Of a stretch of DNA of 64,000 bases, positions 1 through 39,900 are shown one piece after another. A model generated the notes under the pieces. It saw only the letters and a list, made by a program, of their open reading frames with translations. It had not been told where the DNA came from and searched no databases. The stretch spans positions 496,001-560,000 of the forward strand of contig NW_019091361.1 of the NCBI RefSeq assembly GCF_001949145.1, written 5' to 3'. The position numbers and the translations under genes are program-made. Within the stretch, counting starts at the first letter, position 1, and each line of letters starts with the position of its first letter. This DNA is from Acanthaster planci. Its lineage: Eukaryota.

Positions 1-1791
1 TGGATGACTTTTCCTCTCCAGAGATTCTTTAATAGAGTTTGTAGTGTGAGTTACCATAAAGTGTGTCAGTTCACCAGGTTACGTACAGTATAATAGACAG
101 TACCAACACCTGAGGAGAAACTCTGTGCATCCATGTACCCAAACATTGATTAATTAATATAAGTATTGATATTTATAACATCTCATAGCCAGCTGACCAA
201 ATCACATACATGTACATACATGTACATATACATGTACTCCATATAAATTGAGTAAAAATCAATACAAAAATACAGAAACATACATGTACCGGTATACTGT
301 ACAGTACAATACACCACAAGCAAGTGTCATGTTTGTGATTTGCCACTCTGTGAAATTCAAATGAAGAAGGACCAGTAGAAACTGTTACAGTACCTCAGCA
401 AGACAGGGCACTCATAATCCATGACCAGGTTCCAACTCACCTGCTCATATACTACTTTGATCATGTTAAGTGGATAAAACTGTGTGGAAAAGAATGGCAT
501 CCACAGTCAACTTGTTTAATTTAGAATTGTCCAAAAGATAGGGTGTGCAAATTATCATTGCTTTGAGCTACTGTATTATTGATTTACATGTACACATACA
601 GTACCGTAGTTTATTTCTTTACTTCCTGTACCAATACAGGTGTACCATTACCCACATTACACGACACATGTATGTGTTCTTCTTCTTCACTGTGCAGGAC
701 CTCTCAAGTGATAGAAATATATCACATTAATTGCCTTCAGAAAATCGTAAAGGAAAAGGTAGATCACAAGTGAAATGTCTCATTATACACATAGTGCAGA
801 TGAACTTGTATGGGACTTACATATGCCATTACCAGTATATTGCATCCTTTTAGAGTGATCTTTGTACCAGCACTCTGTCATTTGACTCAGTCCCATGGAT
901 TCCCTGTCAAACCCTTGCCCCTTAGTCCCGGACACCCATCTTGCTTTGCCATGCATCGCTCAGTCACAGGGCATCAAAGAATGCCGACACACTCGCGGGA
1001 AGGATCATAGAATACACTGCCGATGAGCCCAAGGTGGCCTGGCAATAAGACTAATGAATACAAACTGCATAAGGGAATGCTGCTTGCTCCTACATTGTAC
1101 GTGTACCTGCTGACCTACCGATCACGCTATCCTTTATGAGTTTTGCTTGTCTGATTTCCAATGTACCGGTACATGTACATGTACATGTAGTTAAAATCTG
1201 CTTGGCTAGTTGTTCCTACAGCCTCAGCTGGCCCTGCAAATTGCATAGATTAAAAAAAATAAACATATACATGTAAACCAAACATGAATAAATAGATAAA
1301 AAGTGAAAGAGAATTTACAAAAGGTAATACACTGATAGTGTTGGATTTCCCCTTTTTATTCTGAAAATGCATAAATATTAACAAGTACATGTACGTGGTA
1401 ATTAATAGAATCACATCAATATCATGTTTATTCCACATTGTTGATCTCAGTGATTATTGCGTATGGAAAGCATTTCAATATAGATGTGATGATCAGATCT
1501 CATCACAAACATCCAAAAACACAGACACGTACATGTACATGTATACTGGTATGTGCAGTCATACCATGGTGCAATTCAGGCATACAGTTGTTTGTACACG
1601 TACAGTAATTCAACAAAATCGTGATATTCCTGACCAGATTTGAACAAACGTAGGAATGACAAGAGTTGGAATCATGGTTTGCAACCAATAAAAGTATACA
1701 AAGAATAATACTAGAATACATGAATGTTGCTTCAAAATGGTACATGAAACATCATTTAGATATATTAATTTTTGTTTTTCTTTCTCTTCAG

Positions 1792-27564
<25,773 letters not shown>

Positions 27565-28269
27565 TGACATCATGGAAATATCTTCTCAAACAGCGTGCCT
27601 GTGTGTCGCCCTCTTGTGGAAGGAAATTGTCAGCTGTATCAAGTGGCCTGTTATAGTACCCCTGGAGTACATGCCATTGTTAGATTTCTGAAGCTCTTAG
27701 CCAAGCATGGAATGTAATATTTCCCTGTCAAGTACCCTTCCTGAATTGAACTAGTTAGCTGGCTTATCGGGATAAAGAACTGTTGATCAACACAATATTG
27801 CCCTGCAGTAAAATGGAAATACTGTATTACAGACAAACTTGTGTTATTTTCACAGTGTTGGAAACTGTCAGAGGAGTTTTCCGAGCCTTAACTTGGTCTC
27901 TGGGTTTAGCTGCAGGTTTCAGTTTCATGATTACATGTCCTGAAAATGGCATCTCCCAGCTCCAGATTGTAGAAACATCATGTTGCCTCCTGTAAAGCCA
28001 AATGTTTGGAATGTATTCCTTCATTTCCAATAGTGAAGAAGGCTCTGAGGCTTGAGATGAGACTGAATCTAGAGATTAGATGGGGACCAGAAAAGAGTCC
28101 CATTGACCTCGTAATCAGAGCATTCTAGTAGGTCCAAGCAAGTAGACCCTGGATGTGCAAGCTTGCCACATGTAGAAATCAATCAGTATGTCCTTATTTG
28201 TTTTTTGTTTGGTGTTTTGCCCTGAAGCAATGTGTATTTGTAAAGAGTGTCCACTTGTTGTCTTGTGAA

Positions 28270-28357
28270 AACAATCACATGCATACTTGTGAGACGTGAA
28301 CCCATGACCGCCTACTTACAAGTGCATACGTCTTGTCACTCGACCACCGAGCTTGCC
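28270..28357 (-). mobile_element. tRNA-derived SINE head (degenerate)
   Basis: Minus strand A-box-like TGGTCGAGTG and B-box-like GGTTCACGTC; related to 53850-53920. Confidence 0.55.
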
Positions 28358-30949
28358 GAGGTTGCCGGAGTGATTAGTCAGATGAGCAGTGGGTCCCAGG
28401 CTAAGCATTTGCTATAAATATATGATTTGTTTTTACTGAGTATACAGTGTTCATAAACGCACATCAGTGCTGGGCAAAATAGCAAACATGAAAAGTTCAT
28501 ATCTCCCACTCTCATAACTTATATTTTATGAAACATGTTTGTACTTAATCTCACTCGGGTCTTTACGTTCTCAAAGTGAATGAAGAACCGAAGGCTTTCA
28601 AACTTGTAGCAGTGTCATTGTGTGTTAACACAGCAACTATTTTTACAGATCATAATTTTCAAAATTAACTTGCCTGCCAAATCAACACAAAATGCCAGAA
28701 GCATTGAAAGATTGAAATCTATTTATAGATAAGCAGTTGAATGCTACTATATCAAATACAAAGAAATAAATGTCTAGCATAGTTGTTCCACTTTGTGGAG
28801 TGTGGTTTCTCACTCTGCGCTGCATTTTTCATGGTAATTGAGAAATTAGAGCTAGATGGTTGGCATGGATTCAATAGTTAAAATACATGCATTCCCATTG
28901 GAGTTGTGAGTACAGTGTAATGCCCTCTGTTGATATATACCGGATAATCTCAGGAGACATCAATGATGCAGTAACACCACATTCATGCATGCTGTGTGCA
29001 TTCTGTAACTTGAGCTGCACATATATTTTAGCAAGTTGTAAACACCTCATACATTGAAAAAGCCTTCAACACATGCACGTGACTTGCTCCCCAGTATGGT
29101 ACAAGTGGATTAGCTTTTAGAACCCATGGAAGCATTGTGAATCAAGTACTCTTGGATAAGGCAGGGCTTCCCTACATCGTGGTTTAGTCTTGGTGATTGA
29201 GGCAACCTAATGGTTGGGCCCAGGAATCAGATTATCTAATGAATAGGCTGAAAGAGCGCACTCTACTATGACTGCTCAAAGTATCCATTATAGTGGCATT
29301 CAACTCTGGAGAGGAGTTTGGCATCTTGTATATAAAGAAAAAAAGAAGCCACACTGTTGCTTCAATTTATGGAAAATATAAGCAAGAACCAAAAGATTAG
29401 TTTGCCCATCAAAAGTGACAACTCAGATCGTGTTAAATGTAGATAGAATATGTAGCCTTTTTATCTGTGCAAGTCACAAATTGCTAATCACAAGTGTTCA
29501 TACATGTAGCTGGCACTGCAGATTATCTACCTCTGGAATTAACATTTGCTAAAGCAAAATACTCAGTAAAATCTCAGTGACTGTACCAACTGATTATCCC
29601 TTTATTTTGTTCACTTGAACTGATTTCAAGAGATACTTTTCATTTTCATATTACTTGCAGTTTTTCTAGTTAATTTTAATACTTGACAGTCTTAGAAAAA
29701 CGTCAAGGCTAAAACCCGGATCTTAATAACAGATCACAGAAAACCGTTGCTATTGCTGAACTGCGATTTTTAAAAAAAATATTAATCTCAATGCATCTTT
29801 CCTCAATCTGTTCTCCAAAATTACCTCCCTAACTACAAAGAAAATGTGATGGCTGGAACTGAAGGAATGACTTGTGAATTTCTCCTTGGCCTTAAAACCT
29901 ATCAGGGACAGTAAGTCTTCCAATATTTTAATGCATGCTGAACTACTTAGAATTTGTTGCTTGACAAGTTCCTTGATGTCTCTCCAGAGTTCAGTCTCAT
30001 TTTGCCGTGAACAGCATTCTGTAGCAGTTTTGATCAAATTTGTTGCAATTTTGATAAGGATTTATTGATGTTTTACCACTAACCTCTCCTGGTATGATAA
30101 AAATGTCTGAATTGCATTCTGTGAAAGCAGTCCAAATTCTATAAAGATGGGCAGAGATTGAGATTTGAATGCTTATGAAAATTTGGTTCTTGATACTCTT
30201 AGGTTGATGGGTTTTATTTAGAGTTTTCAGAGCTTTTTGCTATATTTTATAATCAAAAACCTCAGGAAAACATTTCTAAAAGAAAAGGGAGGTGCTTGAT
30301 AGACGCTTCATCAATAAAACTTGCTTTATAGAAGGAAGCATCAAAAGTCGCAGGGGAGCTTCATGGAATAATATACACAGTGGATAGACTTCATATTAAA
30401 AGTTTATAGTGGCTTTTGAGGAATTTGTCCTGTTTACATTTGTAATATTTCTTGATTTTGTTTTCCTAATCTGTAATCTTGTAAACTCAACAAAAAGAAT
30501 TGTAGTTTTTGTCTGAGGTGTATGCATCGTTGAACTTGCAGGTTTGGTGTTACAGGAGTTCTGTAGCTGATTTAATTTCCTTGACGGTAAATACTTTGTT
30601 ATTCCAACTTTCAGGGTGGAGTTCAAATGACTCACTTTCACTCTGTTGACTGTAATGGCTCGTCTATCCTGCAGTGTTGACTGACAAAGCAAGAAGAAGT
30701 GTGAATATCTTTCCGAACCAACCAAGCAAACAACTGGAACTAGTGAGCATAAAGTTAAAAAAGCTTTGTGCAATGAATGAGTAAATTAGCCAATAAGATG
30801 GCAACAAAACCGGTAGCAGGAAAGTTGAATGAAAACAGCTGCTGGAAAAAATCTGCCTGGCTTCCCTTTTAAGTGTATTCTCAAATCATTTTTACTCCAA
30901 AAGTGACATTATTAGTTGTGTTGAAGATACCAGTCATTCTGAGGTTTAT

Positions 30950-31568
30950 CCACTTCCTGCTGGGTGGAGATAGTGGCATGGAGGACACGCTGTCGGGCGC
31001 TTCATTTTTTTCCACTTTCAAAATGCTTCAAAAATTCACATCTTCGTTTGCTGGATGCATACACCCAAATAAATGACTGTCTTGTGGGACTCTTATCTGA
31101 CAGGCAACCTCCATTAACATTTGCGTATTGCAGCCACGCCTGCAGCCCAGTAAAGAGCCCCCATTGTGTGGTGTTGCGTAATTTCCTCTTTGTTCTTGAA
31201 GTTGGGCCAGTGGATTGCTGGATGGCATTGTCTGTAGTAATGCAGCCAGATTTCACAAGTGCCCAATGGTATTGTATTGTTTACCACTGGAGTGCTTTTG
31301 TCCCCACTGATAATCCGCGGGCACTGTCAGTGGCAAACAGTGGTACTGTTTCAAAACAATGACGGATTACCTCTGCTAAAAGTGGCCAGCCCTCAGCAGA
31401 CAGCTATGAACCTTGATTGGCAACTCCCAGCAGCTGACTGACAGCAAGTAAACTTTTTCTAAAAATGCTGAGCAGCTTCATTTTTTTTAATAAAGTTCCG
31501 ATTTCGGGCACCCCGGCCATGCGTAGACAGCCAACGTCTCCAGTTCTGGGCTGCCTGGCAGGAAGTGG
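30950..31568. mobile_element. TTAA-targeting non-autonomous transposon (family B), second copy
   Basis: TTAT|CCACTTCCTGC ... GCAGGAAGTGG|TTAA; shares blocks such as GCCTGCAGCC..AAAGAGCCC..ATTGTGTGGTGTT and GCTTTTGTCC with the reverse complement of copy 1. Confidence 0.8.
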
Positions 31569-32970
31569 TTAATGGATTGAATTGCAGATACTGATGTTCA
31601 ACATCTTGAGTAAACTTTTAATTAAAAGTGTGTATGCTTAGTCCAACAACAGTGAAACTAGAAGAGTTTACAAAGCTTATAAAACTGAGTTGATGCAAGC
31701 ATTCACACTCCTCCCTAAAGGTTCTTTGGCACATTTTATAATTGCCTTGAAATACTTTGTTATCTACCGACAACTTTCAATCTTTTTGTAGTTGTTAAGG
31801 AATGTTACTTTCATGGGAAATTTTAAGTGTGCCCAGCAGAAGTGGCAAGTTGTAGCTGAAATATTTCATGTTTTGGTGACATTTTTGCTGTTCAACATCC
31901 AATGATTCCTTGCGTGTTTGTAACACAAATCAGAGAAGTTCACATACTTGTGCCATTTTTGGGTAATTTTTTATTTCTTTGAATTGTTTGTATTGTTCAT
32001 ATTTAGCCGAGTCCGAGTATTGTATTGTTGATTAAAACAATGGTATCTATACAGCAGCACATAAGGTTCCAAGGGGTAGAAGCTAATGTACATGTACGGT
32101 ATTTTAATGTGGCTGACACATTGGAAATATTTTGTTACAACTTGGGACAAATTTGAGTGACTATACCTACTACAATAAACCAATGTTTGACTAGTGTCAC
32201 TCAAACTGACTACCTAGTTGACCACTTAGAACCAAGTCTTGGGATCTTGTATTACTGAAACTAATGACACTAAATGAGAGACCATGAATGTGGTGAGAGA
32301 TGTAACCAAGGTTAGACTGTGATTGACAAAGTGCTTAAATGGTTAGGCTTGGGTCATTTGAATGGGACTCTACTTTGTTTATGCATTGGCTAGAGGCAAT
32401 ATCAGTTCAAGCATTTTCTCTTGCCAACGTGCAAGACAAGAGTTCCTCTACTGGTCAACTTGGTTCACTCTCAAACTTCCCCAAGGAATTCTGCTCTTTG
32501 TTGGCAGTTATTACCAATTAGAGCTTGAAACTTTGCATTATGGAGGTTGCATATTTCAATTCTGCTTCAATTGTTTTTACGCTGAGGAATGAAAACGCTC
32601 GGTGGACAGATCATTTAAAGAGAGTGATGCAGCCTACAAGTTGTTCCTGAAATGTCCTTTGTACATACACTTTGTCACATGCCAAATCACGCTTTATTTA
32701 CAAGTATTAAATGTGAACATTTTAAATGCTTTGGTTTTTTGCAGAGGTATATATTAGGATAAAAGGTATATTAGAGTCTAGAAATGTGCTGTATAGATTA
32801 AAGCTCAGATTTTGTTTAATTTGGATTAATATAAGGTAGTAATTTCACTTCATCATTTGTGTTACCTGTTTATCACTTCTGGAAGTGATATGAACACAGT
32901 GCACTGGAAAATAAATATATATGTATGGTATTTACTATTTTATACCGAGCGGTACATATTGATTAAAGAG

Positions 32971-32976
32971 AATAAA
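32971..32976 (+). terminator. Candidate distal polyadenylation signal for SPAST
   Basis: AATAAA followed ~20-40 nt later by GT/T-rich sequence. Other AATAAA candidates exist (e.g. 28765, 30313, 32910). Confidence 0.4.
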
Positions 32977-33010
32977 TTATGGAGGAAACTTTAACAGGTT
33001 TCAGTGTGAT

Positions 33011-33016
33011 TTTATT
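33011..33016 (-). terminator. Candidate polyadenylation signal for PNO1
   Basis: AATAAA on the minus strand ~830 nt after the PNO1 stop. Confidence 0.5.
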
Positions 33017-33844
33017 TCAAAATGTTGCTCCTCAACCGAATACATAACTGATTATTACATACATTCTACACTTATGTGAGATTAAAATTTCTTTAGGTAC
33101 ATTGAGGTTCCTTTAAAATGTACACAGGTTTTCTGTGATGAGATGAAACCAAACTCACAACTGTGCCATTCCTATCAGAGGTGAAGAGCAGTTGAGTTCA
33201 GAACACAACTGAGGCCAAATTGGTGTTGGACCAATCAACTTTGAGCCCAGCCCCTTGTGAGTCATAGATTCTTAGCTTAATAACCATGTGTATTTGTACA
33301 GGCATGGAAATGTGCTATACATGTACCTGCTATATCTGGGTGAAAAAAAAACCATACCGCCAGTCTGTGTTAGTTGTATAACACGAATTTTAATTCTTCA
33401 ATCAGGCATGCAAACTGCTCCTCAGATCTGCTGATTTCCTCAATTTTCACTTCACACTCGGGCCACTGAAAACTGAAAAGTCTTGTAAAGACTGGGATTT
33501 CCTAGTTTTTTGTCAAAGTCCAAACTGTATGCCTGATCCGTTGTCTTGTGCACATAGCTTGGTGCCTTGACTGACCTGAATTAGTGACTCTACACAAATG
33601 GCAAGTTTATGTTCACCATTCTATTCAGTCATCTTTGTCTAATTATTTTGGGTGGTGTTTCTCAAGAACTGAAAATTGACAGCCTGGGGTTGGAAAACCA
33701 GAAAATGGGCTTGTTCTTTTCCCTCCACAACAAATTGTGTCCAAACTGCCTTGTTGCACTGAAATATTTCTGTTGTTGTGCTGATACATTATTTTGAGAT
33801 TCATGAGAGCATCAAAGTCACATTCAGTCCACTTTTCAGAGTTC

Positions 33845-33912
33845 CTAAAACCTCTCAGCGCTCCGACTAGCAACGGCTCGCATGTTGCCATACACCTTGG
33901 AGGGAGGACTTC
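33845..33912 (-). CDS. PNO1: PNO1 exon 6 (last coding)
   Basis: [22 protein letters not shown]. Confidence 0.96.
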
Positions 33913-36900
33913 CTGTAGATAGAATCATGAAATGAATGAAAACAAGAAGTCTGAGTGTCACGTTGGAAATGCTTCAAAGAACTTCTACAGTGCGTTGTCC
34001 CTAGATGTATCATTTCCCCATCATCCATGGCTGATGGAGGTTACAGTATGGCCCTTTTTAAATGTGCTTCAGACAAATGGCCATTTTATGACAGTCTCTT
34101 GTTGAGGGCTCTAATTGGACAAACCACCCACAAGAGTTGAACATCAGACGCAACACACTATAGTTTAGTCTAAGTAAGAGTATCACAAATTTACTGGTCC
34201 CTTGTGTTGGGTAAATTTGACTCAGTGATTTGCTTGGAGGTTGCAAAAAATATCAGCCATTCATTTGACATAAATTATATTAGTATTAGACATTGTAACT
34301 ATTTACTCCATTTGAAGCTTATTCTTACCTAGGATCAGGTTGCATATGGCTGTCCTGGCAATCTTTATATTCTGGAAAGATCCTAAGATGTGGATCTTAC
34401 TTCCGGCTAACACAATCCTGGTCTTGGTTACATTCTCTATGGTAAACTTCGTCTTGCCTCCTTTGCCTGCGATTCTGCCAATGGCTCGTGATAAATGGTC
34501 TCCTTTCAAAGGTTTCACTGAGGATGTGGTATAAAAAGAAACAGCATGGGGTTGGCATAGTAAAAGGAAGTGATCAAAAAATGACTCAAAATATAAAATG
34601 TGTGACTGAAGGGAAGAATAGGTATAGGCATTGTGTTCTATGATGATTGGCTTGGCAAACTTACGATAAAATAAGACCAACATAAAACATTCATACATTA
34701 CACTGGTGTCAATGCTCAATGCTTCACTTCTAAGCAACTCACAATGACAAGGAAAACTACTCAAAACTGACTAAAGACTCACCATCAGCTACTTCAAAGG
34801 TTTCTAAGAACAGCTCATCTAACCGTAGCAAAGCCAAGGCATCCTGTTAAGGAACAAACAGGCAATATTGATCTTCTACGAAGCAAATTGAATTATCTTT
34901 CCTAAAAGGTCATAGTACTTTTTCTGATCTACTGTTAGCAAATCAGTTTAGTTTTGAAAAAAAAAATTAATAAATTACATGTGATGTTACCTTTAAGTTG
35001 TGCACAAAAATGCTAAAAGCAAACACCAGACAGCTGGTAGCAGCTTCATATTTCTTACTTTACCCACCTTTCACCTCTGACCTTTTAACCCCAATACCAA
35101 CAATGTAACCTTCAGTTCAAACTATCATTCCAAACATCATACAGAATAAAAGCCCCTCTGTTCAATGCTAATTCCAGTGTCTGACCTTGATAACATCAAC
35201 CCTCAACAGGAAAAATCTCCAATGATTTTCCATTATGAGTTTCCTGTGAAAATTGTGAAAAAGTACTTGTCTTGAAATCGGACAACTGTCCGGATGACCC
35301 AATGACAGACCAACTCCACATGGACCAATCAGTGACAGACCAAGCACGTCCCTCGAATAAGTCCTACATGTAACTGTGCACTGCCCCACTGTGTCCTGTG
35401 CCCCTTGGGGCATGCCTAACTGTGTTGACATAGCTGGGAATGCCCAACTTTTGTTATCTAGCAGAATTGAATGTATACGACAGTGCCATCAAAATAGCAG
35501 GAGTTGCACTGTTATCAGTTTTTACAGGATTCTTATGCCATGGTTGGGGTGACCAAATTTCTGTTTCACCTGTTACTGACATCATTGCATTCCACTAATG
35601 TTGCTCCCTCTCCTCCTCACTTTTTCACCTAATGTGGTTCCTTTTCTCATGTTCTTTGTTTTCTCCTCAACTTAAGTTTGGCATGACAGACTTGTCCCAA
35701 GTAGGTACTGGGCAAAGTTTGGGCAGTGGACAAAGTTGGAACATAATTCTCCGAGTATGAAAGGTAGAAAACTGCATACCTCCACTTCAAAACCTAGGAC
35801 GAATGCCTTAACAAAATCCTGGCCTTTCTGTAGTGCTCCCACATCTGATGTTTCTTTTGAACCCTGGAAAAAAGAGCACAAACAGGATAATTCTATCAAT
35901 TAATTTCAAACTGACAGATATGGTCATCTTATGAGAGTCAATATTTTATTAATGCCTTACAAAGGGTAATGTGAAAAGCAACTTCTTCCCCAGCTTTCTC
36001 CCTTGTAGCTCAACTTCGAGAGAATACAAAGGAAGAAATGCCAGTTCTTTACACAGTATCTCTGTGGCATGAAGCAAGGAAAAATCCAAGCATCTAAATC
36101 TGAGAAGCAAAAAGGGCCGAACTGGAAGTAAACAAAGGGCATCCAATGGAGTAGTCAATACACTTAAAGAAACTGCAGTTTGAAGAAGATTCGTTGGGAG
36201 ATATACATGTAGGTACAATCACTGATATTGACAAATTCACTTTTTAGTGAATTACACCAACTGAAAGGCAGTGTAACTGTATCAGTTTCTACATGCCTCG
36301 TTCTATTAGGTTGNNNNNNNNNNNNNNNNNNNNNNNNNNNNNNNNNNNNNNNNNNNNNNNNNNNNNNNNNNNNNNNNNNNNNNNNNNNNNNNNNNNNNNN
36401 NNNNNNNNNNNNNNNNNNNNNNNNNNNNNNNNNNNNNNNNNNNNNNNNNNNNNNNNNNNNNNNNNNNNNNNNNNNNNNNNNNNNNNNNNNNNNNNNNNNN
36501 NNNNNNNNNNNNNNNNNNNNNNNNNNNNNNNNNNNNNNNNNNNNNNNNNNNNNNNNNNNNNNNNNNNNNNNNNTGTTCTAAGGTTAAATTTTATCAGTCA
36601 CACTTGTTTCACTTACCTTGATTTCTACATGCCTAGTTCTAAGGTTGAATCTTATTTGTAGCTTAAGGTGTTCAACAATAGGTGAGTAGATTTTCAGCCA
36701 GTTTTCTTTGAGCGGTGTATATCTGTGAGCAGGGACTGGAATCTTTCTCATCTCTTCGCTTCCTTCCTGGTTATCAACACAAGCAAAACCCATCAAGCCA
36801 ATGCTGTTGTGACTAAACATGAAGTTTACAGTCCATTAACATACTTTTTATTTTTTTATTTCAAATTTTATGTGAAATTACAATGGAAAAGAGATGCCCT

Positions 36901-39900
36901 ATTGGTATTTCTTTTATTTCAAAATCAAATTCTGGGAAACAGTTCCTTATCAAATCACCACGATTTTTGAGTTTTGAAATTACCATCAAGTTAAAAAGAT
37001 TTACCCCAAAACAACTTTTTCTCAGATAATTTCAGTTTGTCCAAAGCTGGATAGACTTGGCTTCAATGAAAATAAAACATGAAGTAGAAGATTTAAGGCC
37101 TATAACTTTAGGATGGTTTCCTGCCGTACAAACAAGTCAAAATAATGGTCGGTACATGTACCTTTTGGTCTGGGAACCAGACTTGCACTAGTTCAAGTAA
37201 CCAGGACTTTACAAATCACAACTTTGGAAAGAGTTCCATATACAGACAACACTTGATGCCCCTGTGCACAAACCTATGAAACTTGACTTTAAAAAACAAA
37301 GTGTTTTCTAAGTAATACACTTCGGAATTTTCTTGGATAATTTTCACTTTTTAGGACATGTTATCACTTTCTGCTGGGTGTTAAAACATTTTAAGGGAAA
37401 ATTAGTGTTTAATCTGTATATAGAACTCATACTGCAACATTTAACATTTGGACACTGTCAGTGATGCAGCAGAGGCCTTGTGTACCATTAATTGATTCAC
37501 TCAAAATAGCTCATACCATGTCCAAATGCTAATGAAGACGATTCACAGAGTCCTAGACTAGCTTTAACTATGCATGTCATGCTTGTGCAGGTGTGTGTAA
37601 AGTTTGCCCATGAAAAGTTTGATTGCGAAGACTGGGATATTCTTTGAACACCTGACAAACACAACATCCAAAGACATATTGGAGTAATTGCAGAATACCC
37701 CACCATACAAAAATACCGCCCTAAAATTTCATGGTTACGCGGTCGATCGAATGACAAAGTCTGTTTGCTATGCATTGGAAGTTGCCAAGGTCCCAGGCAA
37801 GGGCCCTGCAATGTCACAGCATGTGGCTATGTAGATAAAGTCATTTTAGAGAACGAAGCATCAACTTCAATCATACACAACTCATCAGTGGAAGGTCAAA
37901 AAATATATAAATCCACCGTGGGTCTGTTACCACCCAACTGTAGCATCAGTCCCAACTATAGTTGGTCCCGGCCCAAGTATAGCACAGAGGTCCAGTGTGC
38001 ATGTGCCAGCATGTGTGAAATTCACATTGTTGATGATTAGATGAAGTGCTGTATTTTAGATGAATTATGTCAAGTGTGAGATGCATAAACTTGGATAAGG
38101 TTGAATCAGTCAACAATAATTGGGCCGGCCCAACTGCAGCACTCACATATGTTCACGCCCCTCAGTTTGTGCGCGTGCGTACTGAATCCAACTACAGCCA
38201 GAAGACAGTAAAATAGCTCGACTCGGACAGGTAGACCCCAAAGTAATTTTTCAACATCCAGCTCAGAAAAGGTTGTTTGCCCCTCATTTCCATACCAAGT
38301 AGCATTTAAACACTCAAAGTCCCTTTTGCTAACTTGCATACAATAAAAATTCATTTTCTGCCAAATCTTTGCCCGTCTTTCTTACGTACCTCCCAAGTAC
38401 ATGTAAGGGTAAGAAGTTGGAAGTGAAGCCAACATTTCAGAGGGATTTTTTCAGTTTTGCCAGGTTTTCCCTGACATTTCTCTACTTGTGAATGGTAATT
38501 AAGAAAATATCATGAACACTCTAATGAGAAAGTATCATACAAGAAGGAAACTGTATGGATGAGAATGGAAAGTTTTTGTTTGTGCCATTTAGTCCGGCAA
38601 TTTGACGTCGTTGTACGTATTAGTGCAATGCTGTAAAAGTCAACTAATACTAAAACGCATCTTATTTTAGACCACTGTTGGTCACAGTGGACTCAGTGCG
38701 GGAATTTGAATCCACATGAAAAAAGAACCGCATTTCAGACAAATGGCTCTCGATCTTAAAGAAATGACAATTCATCAGTCTTCCAGACAGTATCAACGAT
38801 GACCTGAGGGGAATTCGACAAAAGTGTGAAAAACTTGACATTTTCGACTTCTTTGATTAGTTTCCGGAGATCTGTCTTATCTGAAGCTATTCAATATCAC
38901 CATTTGATAGATTCTTGGCAATTTATTCACACACAAGGTCTTCAAGGGAAATGGCAGGACAAATCCGTCATCGATATGCGTCGTCTGCTATCGGTTTTCA
39001 GGCCGATGACCATACATGTATATGTATATTACTATTGCGCATGTGCAAATACAGAAACTAAATGCACACACAGTTTATGGGGACCGAACATACGTGCACT
39101 ACAGTTGGGTCGTACTAATTAACGTCAACACAACGTCAACACATGATAGTAATGTCAACACACCCAAATCACGTTCTAAGTTAACACAAACGCAATTCGA
39201 TAGCAATATAATGCCTAAAATACAATTTGGCTAACAACAGTGAGCGACATTTGGGAGGAAAAAGCCATTTTATTTCACGAAAACAACACCCTCTGCACAG
39301 CCACGAAAGATGGTAGCCATGTTGCCTCTTGGTCAGACGGACCATACCATGACGCCATAAGGGGTCACCTTTATACAGTAAACCATGGTACTGTCCACAC
39401 GCCATGAGAAGGCAAGATGGCGGTGAATGCCGGCGCTGCTCAGAGACAATTTTTTCGAATGAAAAAACTCCCTTGAAATGTAGTAAAATGTAAACTCGAT
39501 TAAATAGAAATTATTCCTAACTTAAGCGTATACATTATAGTTTGATACGTCTGTTTTCTGTTTTCAGTGCATTTTGTAAGTGTTGACGGTGTGTTGACGT
39601 TACTATCAATGTGTTGACGCATGTTGACGGTGGGTTGATGCTGATTATTATGACCCGATGGGTCTGTCCCAACTACAGTTATATTTTGTTCAAGTTGTTG
39701 ACCATGTTGACGTTTTGTCGACGCTTGTTGATGCTAAATAGCATGACCCTACCTCTAGAATTACAGGGTTCCTTGCACCAGTGAAGCGTGCAACAAACCC
39801 AGTACATGCAGTTTGCTAAAATTGTTGCCAAAAATATTTAGGCCTACCATGGAGCTATTAAAATTTTAAACGGAGGTCCGAGTGACCTACCAACAGTTTC

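Noticed and set aside
28270..28357. tRNA gene (also 53850-53920 and ~47890)
   Set aside because: A/B-box remnants only, no full cloverleaf; better explained as SINE heads.
29750..31441. Cluster of 60-130 aa ORFs between SPAST and PNO1 as a hidden gene
   Set aside because: No homology recognised, overlapping frames on both strands, and partly inside a non-autonomous transposon.
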